Origin: Gekko japonicus
Taxonomy: Eukaryota
Assembly (NCBI RefSeq): GCF_001447785.1
Contig: NW_015167075.1
Span: 656,632 to 716,760 of the forward strand
Reading direction: 5' to 3'
Length of the DNA stretch: 60,129 bases
The first letter of the stretch is position 1. Every line of letters starts with the position of its first letter. Shown here one piece after another: positions 36,526 to 48,600 of this stretch. The notes under the pieces were generated by a model. That model was not told where the DNA came from, did no database searches, and saw nothing but the letters and a program-made list of their open reading frames with translations. The translations under genes and the position numbers were made by a program.

Positions 36526-37105
36526 TATGTTTGACAGAACATTTATTCACAAAACTTTTTGGAAGATCCAGGGTAATCAAATCAACAGCCAATCAATTAA
36601 ATAATAAACATTTATTTTATACTGCCTTTGTCTTTGGGCTGTGCACCTTTAGATGAAAGCTGCACAGGTTGTTCCTGAGAATGACTATCTTGCTGGTCCA
36701 CAGTGCTACTGAAAAGCTCCCATAGAAACCCAGTGCTAGAAGCATAGTAAGATAGAATTCTTGCTCTCCCAAGAAAGTACGCCTTACAATTTGAGAATTG
36801 TTACTAAAACATCTGATAGACAAGGCAAGGATCCCATTGATTGTTCTATGATATAGAAGAGGGACATCAGAGTGGACTGGACTGTTTTGATGTAGTATTA
36901 AAAATTTTAATTAAAAAAAGAGTGGACTGGACTGGGCAGGGGAGGTAGCTAGGGACTAATATTATATCTCCCTCCTAGGGAGATATACATCCAATTTTTA
37001 AAACAATAGATCTAGTATTATCTAAACTAAAAAGAAAAATAGGTAATATCATGTCTGCCATTGGTGATACCAGAGAAGATGGTATGGAATACGTGCCATC
37101 AATTA

Positions 37106-37325
37106 TTTATTCATTTACTTACTTGCTTCATTTATACACCACTTTTTTCACCAATGCAATCCAAAGCATTTTATTAAATTATCTCCTTCTCCACTTATTC
37201 TCACAATAACCCTGGGAGTTAGATTAGGTTGATAGTATGTGACTGGCAGGTCATCCACTGAGTGTCCATGGCAGAGTAGGGATTAAAACCTGGGTCATCT
37301 TAGTCTGCTACTCAAACCACTGTGG
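37106..37325 (-). mobile_element. Old tRNA/CORE SINE
   Basis: (TTTA)-type tail, ctcacaataaccctg, gtgactggc, ccatggcagagtagggatt. Confidence 0.6.
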
Positions 37326-37527
37326 TGTAGGTATAAAACTGCCATTCTTAAGCCACTTTCTCCAGCAAACCCCTAATAAATTACTGGAATTACTGGTTTG
37401 GAAATAACAGATTAAGGCTAGCAGTCAGAAAGAGCAAATCTAGGCTACTTTGCAAGTATGATGTGAATCTCAATGCTTTGAATGTCTTTAGGACGTAAAG
37501 AGACATCAAACAAGCAAGAGGAAGGAG

Positions 37528-37690
37528 CACGGCTTTTTTTCCCTGGTGGAACGCACTGGAACAGAGTTCCAGAACCTCTTTGACAAAATTATTTTTAAAA
37601 TTTTTAAATATTCATGAGTTTTCAGTATACAGATTGAAAGCCTAATTTCCCTCTTGAGAGTTCTGGCACCTCTTTTAAAAAAAATCCCTG
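37528..37690. mobile_element. hAT MITE
   Basis: TIRs cacggcttttttt / aaaaaaatccctg; perfect TSD GGAAGGAG (37520-37527 and 37691-37698). Confidence 0.85.
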
Positions 37691-37706
37691 GGAAGGAGAC
37701 AGATAG

Positions 37707-39125
37707 CATGAAGAACATAAGAACATAAGAGATGCCAATGTTGGATCAGGCCAAAGGCCCATCCATTCCAACACTCTGTATCACACAGTGGCCAGAAATA
37801 CCAGTGCCATCAGGAGGTCCACCAGTGGGGCCAGGACATTAGAAGCCATCCCACTGTTGACCCCCCCCCCAAGCACCAAGATGACAGAGCATCACTTGCC
37901 CCAGAGTCCCTATCTATACCTTGTGGCTAATAGCCACTGATGGACCTCTGCTCCATATGCTTATCTAATTCCCTTTTGAAGCCGTCCATGCTTGTAGCTG
38001 CCACCACTTCCTGTGGCAGTGAATTCCAAGTGTTAATCACTCTTTGGGTGAAGAAGTACTTCCTTTTATCCGTTCTAACCCGACCGCTCAGCAATTTCAT
38101 GGAGTGCCCACGGGTTCTTGTATTGTGAGAAAGGGAGAAAAGTACCTCTTTCTCTACCTGCTCTTTCCCATGCATAATCTTATAAACCTCGATCATGTCA
38201 CCCCTCAGTCGTCTTTTCTCCAAGCTAAAGAGCCCTAAGCGCCTTAACCGTTCCTCATAGGGAAAGTGTTCCAACCCTTTTATCATTCGAGTTGCCCTTT
38301 TCTGCACTTTTTCCAAAGCTATAATATCCTTTTTAAGGTGTGGTGCCCAGAACTGCACACAGTATTCCAAATGAGGTCTCACCATTGATTTATATAGGGG
38401 CATTATTATATTGGCTGATCTGTTTTCAATACCCTTCCTAATAATCCCCAGCATAGCATTGGCCTTCTTTATTGCAGTCACACACTGTCTCGACATTTTC
38501 AGTGAGTTATCTACTACAACTCCAAGATCTCTCTCTTGATCTGTCTCTGCCAGTTCAGACCCCATCAATGTGTATTTATATTTAGGATTTTTGGCTCCAA
38601 TGTGCATCACCTTGCACTTGGCCACATTGAACCCCATTTGCCATGTTGACGCCCACTTGCCCATCTTTGACAGATCCCTTTGGAGTGCCTCACAATCCTC
38701 ACTGGTTTTCACCACCCTGAACAACTTCGTATCATCCGCAGATTTAGCCACTTCACTGCTTACTCCCAACTCCAAATCATTAATGAACAAGTTAAAAAGC
38801 AGTGGACCAAGTACTGATCCCTGTGGTACCCCACTGCTTACCCCCCTCCACTGGGAGAACTGCCCATTTATACTCACTCTCTGTTTTCTATTAATTAGCC
38901 AGTTTTTGATCCATAAAAGGACTTGTCCTTTTATCCCATGATTTTTGAGCTTGCTTAGGAGCCTTTGATGAGGAACTTTATCAAAAGCTTTCTGGAAGTC
39001 AAGGTAAACAATATCTATTGGATCCCCCTTGTCCACATGTTTGTTCACCCCCTCAAAGAACATTAACAGGTTAGTGAGACAAGATCTTCCCTTACAGAAC
39101 CCATGCTGAGTTTGCCTCAATAGGT
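37707..39125 (-). mobile_element. 5'-truncated CR1 LINE
   Basis: (TTCTTATG)n tail at 37707-37730, 3' UTR, then the ORF2 RT region. Confidence 0.95.
37927..39125 (-). CDS. CR1 ORF2 C-terminal part (reverse transcriptase), open but N-truncated
   Basis: QHGFCKGRSCLTNL, YLDFQKAFDKVPH, SGVPQGSVLGP, KSADDTK, RPHLEYCVQFW; no stop in about 400 codons. Confidence 0.9.
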
Positions 39126-39593
39126 TTTTGTGAAGAGCAGAAAGCAAGTTTTAAATGGCCAAGCCATTTAACCTCCTGTTTTCTGCTCTTCATGAACCAC
39201 CATGAACTGCATCAAAGTTTGTGGAAATTTGTGGCAGTTCCAATGTTCATGAACATAGTCTTATGAACCATGAACTGGCCAAGGTTCATCACAAACTTTA
39301 GTTTGTGAGCCAGCTCGTGCCTATGCTTAATCCGTTTAGTCTTTGTACCATTGTTGTTCTGCCAGAATTCACAGTTCTCTATCAGTGTTTCAAGGTCATG
39401 ATTTAGTTGTGGACACCAAATACGTAGTGTTGCATGTTCCATGCATTTGGTAATTCTTTGAGAACCATTATGAAGTTTTCCTAGTATTTCTTGTCTTATT
39501 TCTACAGATATGATTCCATCACCATAAAGAATTAAGCCTTGCAGCTCTGTAGGACTCCCTCATTCTACAAAGAATGACTTGCACTCAGCTGGT

Positions 39594-40180
39594 ATTGTTA
39601 CTGCCAATGGCCTGCCTCGATGTTGGGGAAATTAGCTTATATGGCAGGGGAGGCCAGAGGGGTACCAGGGATTGCACACCTGTTTATACCAAGGTCCAGT
39701 ACAGTAGGAAGACTCCAGACTTGAAGAGTAAATTAAATAGTTTTTATTGAAGAATTTCCCTAATTACAAGCACCTTAAGCAGTCAAGCGAGAGCAAGCAA
39801 TTCAGAACTAAGAAAATAGAGGTGATGATAGTGAATAGAAGGGTCAGTTATGGGGTTATACTACCTGTACAGACATGAGAATACTGCACTAAGAGACTTT
39901 GAGGTGTATAGACGCCATCAGAGTACACACCTTGATGGCCATGTGCTTGGATGGATATAGACATTGGAACACAATGTGGACCAATGGGAAGCCTTGAGGG
40001 GCTTGTCTCAGGTGAAGACAAAAGGTTACCTGGACCAATACGGAGTCCCAGGGGGTATAACACCGGGAGGAGCAAAACTTAGATGCGACCAGTGAGGTCC
40101 TAGAGAGACAGAGTCTGGATTCATAATAGCATTGATGAGATTAGCCAGGTGCTGGATGGCTCTACTGGAGCTGGATGAAT
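39594..40180 (-). repeat. Possible solo LTR
   Basis: Starts tgttac; tttatt (AATAAA on the minus strand) at about 39743; right boundary not defined. Confidence 0.3.
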
Positions 40181-41167
40181 GGGTTTGATGACCATTGATG
40201 GTCCTGCTCTTCCCCCCTCTGATTTACTTGCTCACCTGCCCAGCCAACTGCCCAACACTCCATTACCTGAAACTTACATGGCCTTCTTTGTCTCCATTAC
40301 TTATCACTTGGCAAGCACCCTCTTTTCATTGCTGCATTGGTTGGTTGCTCTTTTTTCTGTATATAGTCCTAAACGTTGGGTTTGATGATCTGCATCCTGG
40401 GTCATGTTCAGAATTAGATATAATGATAACCATGGAGAAAAGACATCTTCTTAGAGAGATCTGTATTTTAAGGCTGTGATAAATAACTTCAACATACAGC
40501 TTAATTCAGTAGGCTTTTGATCTTAAAAGTGACAATTCCTGACAATCCAAAGCATGCTTTCATTTATTACATGCTATTTAATACATTGTTACTTGCAGAT
40601 CCCCAACCATATTCTGCTTCCCTTTGTAAGGGCATATCTTGCAGAGCAACAAATGCTGTTACAACATGGTGCTTGCCTCCAATAACAAGCCTCCTGTTAA
40701 ATTCTCAGATTTCCTGTCAATGAGCTGGTTATGAGATAAATTTTCAGAGCTGAATGTGAGAGTTGTTACAAATAAGAATGAGTGAGATGAAAATAAAATC
40801 ATTCTCCTTGAATCCTGACTCCCTCAGCTGATGTGAACAGGGCTTGACTAACAGAACAGACAGTGATTATAAAAATGTCATTGCAGTGAAAAGATTGTGA
40901 GGCTGCCTGTGGATTCATTGCTATTTTACTTTAAATAATCATTGATGAAAGTTTTTCCCCCCATACATCATAGGTGTATTCTAGTAGATGAGTCTCCAAA
41001 AGACATTAAATTAGTAGATCTGAAAAAGAACTTTAGGTAGTAGTCTTTTCCTCATCGCCTTCATGAATGGAAGATCTGTCACATATCAGCAAGGTTAGTA
41101 CTGGGTGATGCATACAGCACACCCACATACAAAATGATCTGTACGTAAAAGTAGATATTCCACTTTC

Positions 41168-41254
41168 AGTGCCATCCTAAGAAGAGCTGCAGCTTTCTCA
41201 GCCCACTTATTTCAATGGTCTTTAAAAGGTGTATCTCTGCGTAGCATGGCACTA
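41168..41254. repeat. About 90-bp palindromic MITE
   Basis: cagtgccatcctaag ... tagcatggcacta with central ccacttatttcaatgg. Confidence 0.55.
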
Positions 41255-42301
41255 TTAGAGAATGAAACTCTAAATGTATTCTGTAAAATACTTTGGGCTG
41301 AGATCAAAAACCTATTGCCAATGTAACTTGTCAAAAGTATCTTTTAGATTAGGGCAAGTGTCATACAGTCTAGCCTCAAGGGACAGGGTGTGTTAGTCAC
41401 AAAGATATACTGCAATTTCTTCAAAAATAAGATAAAATTAGACAACAATTTTGACAGGTTATCTTGTAATAAAACAAAATGAAACAAAAACACCTGACAT
41501 AGTTTATTTTGGAGTTCCACAACTCACTGTCAATAATCAAATACAAGTACCTAGTTTTTAAAATGCACTGATGCCTCAGGGACGCTTTTGTTTTTTAGAA
41601 TACCTTGTAAAGAAATTCAGGTTTGTAGGCTAATGGACTGACAAGTGAAGGAGTAGACTGCTTCATTAATTGAATGGAGGGGGGGAAACACCCCAAACAC
41701 CACAGTGTATAAAATCCCACATATTATCAAGACCCACCACCAGTATGTATATTATAAAATACTATCATTGGGTTAACCAATGCTGCAATGCCACACTTTA
41801 TGCATTAATAAAGTTATTTCAGTTATTTTAAAAATGCACATAGGTTCCTTACAATTATCCAAGTATCCATAGAGATTGACAGTGAATATACATTAAAAAC
41901 CAATTTCAAAGTACCAGTTCTTGGATGCAAAGTACAAAACTCCTTTTTAAACCTCAAACAACAGACTGAATATTAGAGTTGCCTTGTTCCTAGGCACACA
42001 GTTTTGGGAGAAAATATCACTGAACTTTAGCAGGACTTGCTTCTGCATAAAGATGCATAAGATTGGACTATAAAGTATCGATGCCTGGGAAAAACAGGTA
42101 CATTTTCATGAAGCATAAACTTTACTCCATGGGTGAACATCTCAGTGTGAGTAAGGTAGTTATCCTAGTTCCATATATTTCAAAATATTTAAATTTATTT
42201 TTGTTGTTGTTGCTTAACAGCTATGTAGATAATAATTGTTCTCCTTCCCCTTTTGTTTTAGGTCCATTCTGTGTATGATGAGTTTAATGTATATTTTTGT
42301 T

Positions 42302-42469
42302 TGCACATGTTACTAGCAGAATGGCTTTGTTTGCACTGGCGGCAAAAAAGATAAGACGGGGTCTAGGACTTACTGCAAGTTATTGATGTATATTTCTGTT
42401 GTGCTTTGATTTACTTTGTGCTGTTATGGCCAATGGCTAAGACAATAAACAAAACTTGGAACTTGGAAC
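42302..42469 (+). mobile_element. Short 5'-truncated non-LTR retrotransposon 3' end
   Basis: ORF-end-like TSRMALFALAAKKIRR, AATAAA, (AACTTGG)n tail; 14-bp TSD tgtatatttttgtt (42288-42301 and 42470-42483). Confidence 0.7.
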
Positions 42470-42527
42470 TGTATATTTTTGTTACATGAGTTTAATGTAT
42501 ATTTGTGGAGTGCTCCATTTGAATCTT

Positions 42528-42565
42528 ACCACTGAGGAAGGCTTTTAAGTCAAAACGCATTTGGT
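42528..42565 (+). ncRNA. Degenerate minimal type I hammerhead ribozyme motif
   Basis: acca-CTGAGGA-a-ggc-ttttaa-gtc-aAAA-cgcat-t-tggt; core G12 and the stem III palindrome each differ from consensus by one CpG-type transition. Confidence 0.55.
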
Positions 42566-42837
42566 TCTGGTTCTTGTATATGGATATAATTTGTACCTTT
42601 TAACCTGTATTTATATGATTGGACATTTGTCTTTATATTAGGATTAGGTACTCATATGCAGAACCATAGGATTGTGGTTTTTAAATGATATTTTAGCACT
42701 TTGGGATATATAATTAAATTATATATGCTATTTTGTGCATTAGCCCTACTTCCATAGCTATATTTTAGGGTGTTTTTTTCTTCTCTTTGTCTCAGCCTCC
42801 TGGCTTGAAGACTGTCTCTCTGGCTTTGGCATTTGTA

Positions 42838-45800
42838 CCAGTCGGAGATTATCTTGCAGGGCAAAGTATGCAGTCTAAAAACATGCTGGAGAAACGCTTT
42901 GGCCAGGACACGGGCCGTAGGCATAGTCTTAAACGGGACAAAATGGGCTTGCTTGGTAAAAAGATCCACAATTACCTATATAATCGTTTTCCCCCTACTG
43001 GGGGGCAAGTCAGTGATGAAATCCATGGAGATCACCTCCCATGGTCGTCCCGTGGTGGGTGGGGGCCGCAACAATCCTGGCAGTTTACCTGGGTGGGGCT
43101 TGCACATGATGCATGTCTGGCATGACTGAACAAACAGGGGAAGATCCTTCCTCATCCTGGGCCACCAGAACTGATGCTGTAGTAAATGCAACGACTTCAC
43201 AAAGCCCAGGTGCCCCGCCAGTTTGCTGCCATGCACTACAGACATAACCTCCCCTCACAAGGCAGCCAGAACAAACAGTTTGTATCCATTATACCAACAG
43301 CTGTTTGCCCTCTCTTCAATCTCCCCCTCCCTTTCCAGTTCTTTCCAATCAGTGTCCGAGAGGGTGGAGGCGAACTTCATTTCCCAACCCCCCTCTACAA
43401 CAGGGGGTGAGGCTTTTGCCTGACTGCAAGTTAAGACCGCCCCCCCAACTGGGAGGGAGTGAACATTGAGTCCAGCATGCCCTCACGCTGACTGTTATGT
43501 TGAGGTAGGCAGGACAATACATCTGCCAGTGAGTTGGCTTTGCCCTGGAAATGGTGGAGGGTGAAATTGAATTTGGAAAAGAAATCCGGCCACCGCAACT
43601 GCTTAGTGTTAAGGTTGCGGGGCGTCTGCAATACCTCCAAGTTCTTATGATTGGTCCAGACTTCAAAAGGCACCCATGCTCCCTCCAACCAGTGATGCCA
43701 GGTCGAGAGGACCAACTTAATTGCCCCTGCTTCTTTGTCCCACACTGACCAATTGCACTCAGTGTCATTGAACGTACGGGAGACATAGGCGAGGGGGTGC
43801 AATCTCCCATCCCCCCCCTTCTTGCAAGATGGTGCCACCCATGGCAACATCTGACACATCAACTTGCACAATATTTTTTTTATTTTTGTCGAGGTGCACT
43901 AAAATGGGTTCAGACATGAACAGAGCCTTCAAACTATTGAACGCCTCCTGACATTTGATCGACCACATCAGCTTGGCACCCAACTGGTCCCTTTCCTTTC
44001 ATTTTTAACAAATCTGTGAGCGGTAAGCTCACCTGAGCAAAATTGGCGAGAGAAATTCTGTAAAAATTGGCGAATCTGAGGAACACTTGGAGCTGCCTCC
44101 GAGTGCGAGGCGGTTCCCACCCTAATACATCCCGCACCTTGGTTGGGTCCATGTCCAACCCCCTATGGGAGATGTGATAGCCAAGGAAATCAATCTCAGT
44201 ACAATGGAACTCGCACTTTGAGAGTTTGGCAAACAGTTTGTGCTTGTGCAACATGCACAATACTTCACACATCAATTTCACATGGGATGATTTCTCGGGG
44301 GCGTACAGTAAGATATCATCTAGATAAACAATAACTTCTTTGAACAGGTGCTTGTGCAACACTTCATTGATAAGGTTCATGAAGACCCCAGGAGCCCCTT
44401 GCAGACCGAAGGGCATCACCTGGTACTCGAACTGTTCCAGTGAAGTATTAATCAGGAGAGCCAGTTTGGTCTAGTGGTTAAGTGTGCGGACTCTAATCTG
44501 GGAGAACCAGGTTTGATTCCCCACTCCTCCATTTGCACCTGCTGATGTGACCTTGGGTCAGTCACAAGCTCTGGCACAGCTGTCCTTGAAAAAGAGCAGT
44601 TTGTGTCAAAGTTCTCTCAGCCCCACCCACCTCACAGGGTGTCTGTTGTGGGGAGGGGAAGGGAAAGGAGTTTGTAAGCCGCTCTGAGACTCCAAGTGAA
44701 GGGCGCGGTATAAATCCAATCTCTTCTTCTTCTTCTTCAAAACACAGTCTTATACTTGTCTCCCTCCTTAATCCTCACCCTGAAATACGCATCCCGGAGA
44801 TCAAGCTTGGAAAATATTTTCCCCTTGGCCGCCTCAGCCAAGAGGTTCTTGATGAGAGGGAGGGGATTAGCGTTAATAGTGGAGACTGCATTCAAGCCTC
44901 TATAGTCAGTGCAGAATCTCAACCCCCCGTCCTTTTTCTTCCTGAAAAGTACGGGGGCCGCAAACAGGAATGACGCAGGGCGAATGAAACCCCGAGCCAA
45001 ATTCTTGTCAATAAACTTTCGCAACTCCTCTTTCTCACTGGGGCTCATCGCGTACAGTTTCCTTTTAGGCAACTTGTGCCCAGGGATCAGTTCTATAGCA
45101 CAACTCGTGTGCCAGTGGGGTGGCAATTCATCAGCTTCTTCTTCCTCAAAAACCCTAGCCAAGTCCCGATACTCTGGGGGAATGGTATCAAACTCCTCCC
45201 TGGCTAGGCACACTCGTACTGGTTCATCTAAAGGTTCACCCTGCAGACCACTCATAAGCCCAACACTTAGGAGAGATTAATTGTACCTTGCCCTCATCCC
45301 ACAGGATGTACGGATCATGGTCGTGTAGCCACAGGCTGCCCAGCACCAGAGGGAAGCATGCTGCTTGGGTGATGACAAATGGTCGGTGTTCTCAACGGCC
45401 TCCCATCCCAAACCGTAAAGGCACAGTCTCATACTAGCAAGGTTCTTTCATAGTCGACCCCTCCATCTGGGTAAACACAATGGGATCTTGGAGTTTCACT
45501 ACCTTGGCTCCCAGCCCTGTAACCAGGGAAGGGTTGATTAAGTCTCATCCACACCCAGAGTCTATCAAACCCCATACCCGGACATGAGTCCTGAGTTTGG
45601 GATCCATTTTAGTCACAGTCACAAAGAAGAGGGGGGGGATAATTGTTCACCGTCTTAGGCACCTCGGGAGTAGGGACCTGCTGCTCTGTGCCGCTCACAG
45701 CAGGACCTGCCCTTCTCCTGCCAACTCGTCTTCTTCAACCCTACTCGTGAGTAGCTCCTCCACAGGAACTTCAGGTTGCAGTGCCCGTTGGAACTTCAGC

Positions 45801-47280
45801 CAGGCCACACTCTTCCGTGCTGGGGTGTCCACCTGCTTCTTCTCTGGCTCCTTCCTGGGTACCATCGGGGCTCCCCCTCCAGGGCAGGTGGCAGCAAAGT
45901 GACTCACTTCTCCACATCTCAGGTACAAACCTTGCTTCATGCGCTGGTCCTGCAAGCCCCCTTTGGGTTTAGGTGTCTTGGGTTTGACCGCTGGCAGTCC
46001 GATCTTTCCCAGGGTGGTTGTGTTGTCTATGAGGATGGTCCTCATGTGGTTCTCCATGTCAACCACTTCCCGCATCCAGGCATGGAGGAACACCGGTTGA
46101 ACACTATGCAGGACCATCTCGCGAATCTCAGGGTGCAGACTTAGCCGGTACTGCTCCACCATCCCACCATTCAGCCAGCACTGGATCTTCACGGTTTGCT
46201 TTCTGAACACCTCAGTGTATTTACGCACCATCTTCTTTCCTTGCTTAAAGGTGCATAAGTAGGCACGCATTTGTCCTCATACGCGCTCGGAGAGACCACA
46301 TAAATTAATCCACTCGCTTGAGTTTGGGGCCCTCCAAATTATGAAGGCTCATGTATCAGTCCGCTGCCTCATCATGTAGACATGAGGCAATGTAGTCCAT
46401 GTGCCTCTCTTAGGTGGGAAGCAGATGTCCCCAGTGAGTGATAAACTTTTCCGCTCACACCACGAAGAACGCCAGCTTCTCAGGCGTCCCATCAAATGTG
46501 GCATCCAATAGCTCAGTTGGCTTATGTACCTCTGGCCCATCTCAGGGTCGAGGCTCTGGCGCTTGGTCTCAGGGGGGGAAGGGGGGGCTGGCAGAGCCAG
46601 TTGCCCTGGAATCCCCAGTACTGCCGGTGCTCCTGTGGCGGGTTGCGCTGGTTGCTGCCATTGCTGGAGATGAATTTTATGCTGCACCACCTTGGCTACA
46701 AGTTTGGGGCCCTCCAAATTATGAAGGCTCATGTATCAGTCCGCTGCCTCATCATGTAGACATGAGGCAATGTAGTCCATGTGCCTCTCTTAGGTGGGAA
46801 GCAGATGTCCCCAGTGAGTGATAAACTTTTCCACTCACACCATTCCTTGTCTTCGCCCAGCTCGTGATGCACCAGCTCTCCCCTCTCTCAGGGCTGTGGC
46901 CCTCAAGGCTGGTCATAGCAGCTCACTTGGCACGGCCCCGGAGTAAGCATCCACATCTCCTGGGTGTCTGCCTTGAACTTGCTCCATCGTGGACCACGGA
47001 GGGTCGTAGTCACAAGTGGCCTCACACACACCCACTGGCCCCAGTGGGAAGACGTCTGAATCCCCAGTACTGCCGGTGCTCCTGTGGTGGGTTGTGCCGG
47101 TTGCTGCCATTGCTGGAGATGAATTTCATGCTGCACCACCTTGGCTACAATCTGTGCGATGCTCAGAAGCAATTCTTCCACTCATTTCATCATGTCTCCA
47201 TAGGATATTTCCAGTAACTCCAACTGGAGGCCCACGAAATCCTTGTCTTCGCCCAGCTCGTGATGCACCGGCTCTCCCCG
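42838..47280 (-). mobile_element. Decayed Ty3/Gypsy internal region (sushi/chromovirus-like), truncated in the integrase; LTRs not identified
   Basis: gag 'KQGKKMVRKY', knuckle LRCGEVSHFAATC; PR GLIDSG; RT 'APVLFRKKKDGGLRFCTDYRGLN', 'SKLDLRDAY', 'MPFGL', YLDD; RNase H QVDVSD; IN 'HGSKLAGH...CQTC', 'WEVISMDFI'. Confidence 0.92.
44454..44738 (+). mobile_element. tRNA/CORE SINE inserted in the Gypsy RT
   Basis: agccagtttggtctagtggttaag...ggtttgattccc...(TCT)n tail; splits the RT between KTVF and NTSLEQFEY. Confidence 0.9.
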
Positions 47281-47282
47281 TT

Positions 47283-47714
47283 CTATAGTAAAATCAAACC
47301 ACACAGCGCTTCATAAGAAGTATTCTGTTTATTGGTAGTTCATAACTATGACACTTGAACATTTTTTTGTCAGAAATGGACCAAAGCAGCAGGGCACCCA
47401 AAGTTATAGTAGTTTCAAAGGACCCCTCATTACAAGCATAAGCCAATAAGCATTGTGCATGGTCCCGCATGCAAGAGAGGAAAGTGATTGGGGGGAAAGT
47501 GAGCCGTTCATTCTCAGCAGGTCAGGAGCAGCTGGAAGCCACAGCTTAGAGGGAGCATTGAAAGTGAGTGGGGGAAAAGTGAGCCATTCATTCTCAGCAG
47601 GTCAGGAGCAGCTGGAAGCCCAAGGTCAAAAAAGCATACACAGATAACAACCCAGACAGTAGACATCGTTAGTGTACCAGGAAGGAGGATCACTCCACAC
47701 ACATTCCAAAGACA
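47283..47714 (-). repeat. LTR-like fragment with internal 50-bp direct repeat
   Basis: tttatt at about 47327; aaagtgagcc.ttcattctcagcaggtcaggagcagctggaagcc at about 47495 and about 47576. Confidence 0.4.
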
Positions 47715-47722
47715 TGGCAGTG

Positions 47723-48600
47723 TTAACTGCCAGTCTTCTGTTTCTGCTGGGCTCTTTGCATGTTGTCTGCTGTAGCCACTCTCAGTTCCTGCAAGTTCTC
47801 CTGTATCTTCTGAAGATAGGTCACTACTACACCTCTGCTTTCAATATTCTCTCGTCCAGTCCATTCTTCTTTAAGGATGGGCATAGGCCCTCTTGTCTGA
47901 CACCCAAACAGTGGCTTGAAGGGACTAAAACTGGAACTCTGCTGTGGCACTTCACGATAACCAAACAGCAGATGTTGTAGTTGCTGATCCCAGTTTTTAG
48001 GCTGTTTTACTGTGTAGGTCTTCAGCATGTGGTTCGAGGTGCTGTTAAACCTTTCATTTAGACCATTACTTGTAGGTGGTAAATTGTGGTGGTAAGGTGC
48101 TTGATCCCACAAACCGGCAACTGTTCCTTCATCACCTGGGACATGAATGAGGTTCCCAAATCCATGACCATTTCTTGTGGAAAACCTAGCCTGGTGAACA
48201 CTGTCAGTAGGGCTTCTGCTACATTTTTTGTTTCAAATTTCCTTAAAGGTATTGCTTCTGGGAACTTCATTCATAGTCTGCTGTGGTCAAAATATATTTA
48301 TTCTGCAGCCGGGTTGCTCTGGTGATTGACCCTACAACGTCCATTCCACTTTTACTGAACGCTTCAGACACAAGTGGAACAGTTGTAAAAATCCTTGTGT
48401 TTTGTCTTGCCTTGCCCACTGGCTGACATACTTCACAAAACTTGTAAAATGCCCTGATGTCTTTTCCCATACTGGGCCAAAAGAATCTTGCTTGCAACCT
48501 ATCTCTGGTCTTGTTGATCCCTAGATGTACTGACATAGGTGTATCATGGGCTAACTGTAAAAGTTGCATTCTATATTTTCTGGGGATCAGCAGGTGTTTG
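47723..48600 (-). pseudogene. Gmr1-like integrase, frameshifted
   Basis: ORFs 48267-48569, 48058-48270 and 47723-48112 together give HHCC and D,D,E regions. Confidence 0.88.

Noticed and set aside
45695-46270. Gag ORF as a domesticated PEG10/RTL-like gene
   Set aside because: It sits in a decayed, frameshifted, SINE-interrupted element with a damaged zinc knuckle and a scrambled N-terminus.
47283-47714. As the 3' LTR of the Gmr1-like element
   Set aside because: No visible similarity to the 51812-55018 LTR and no PPT.
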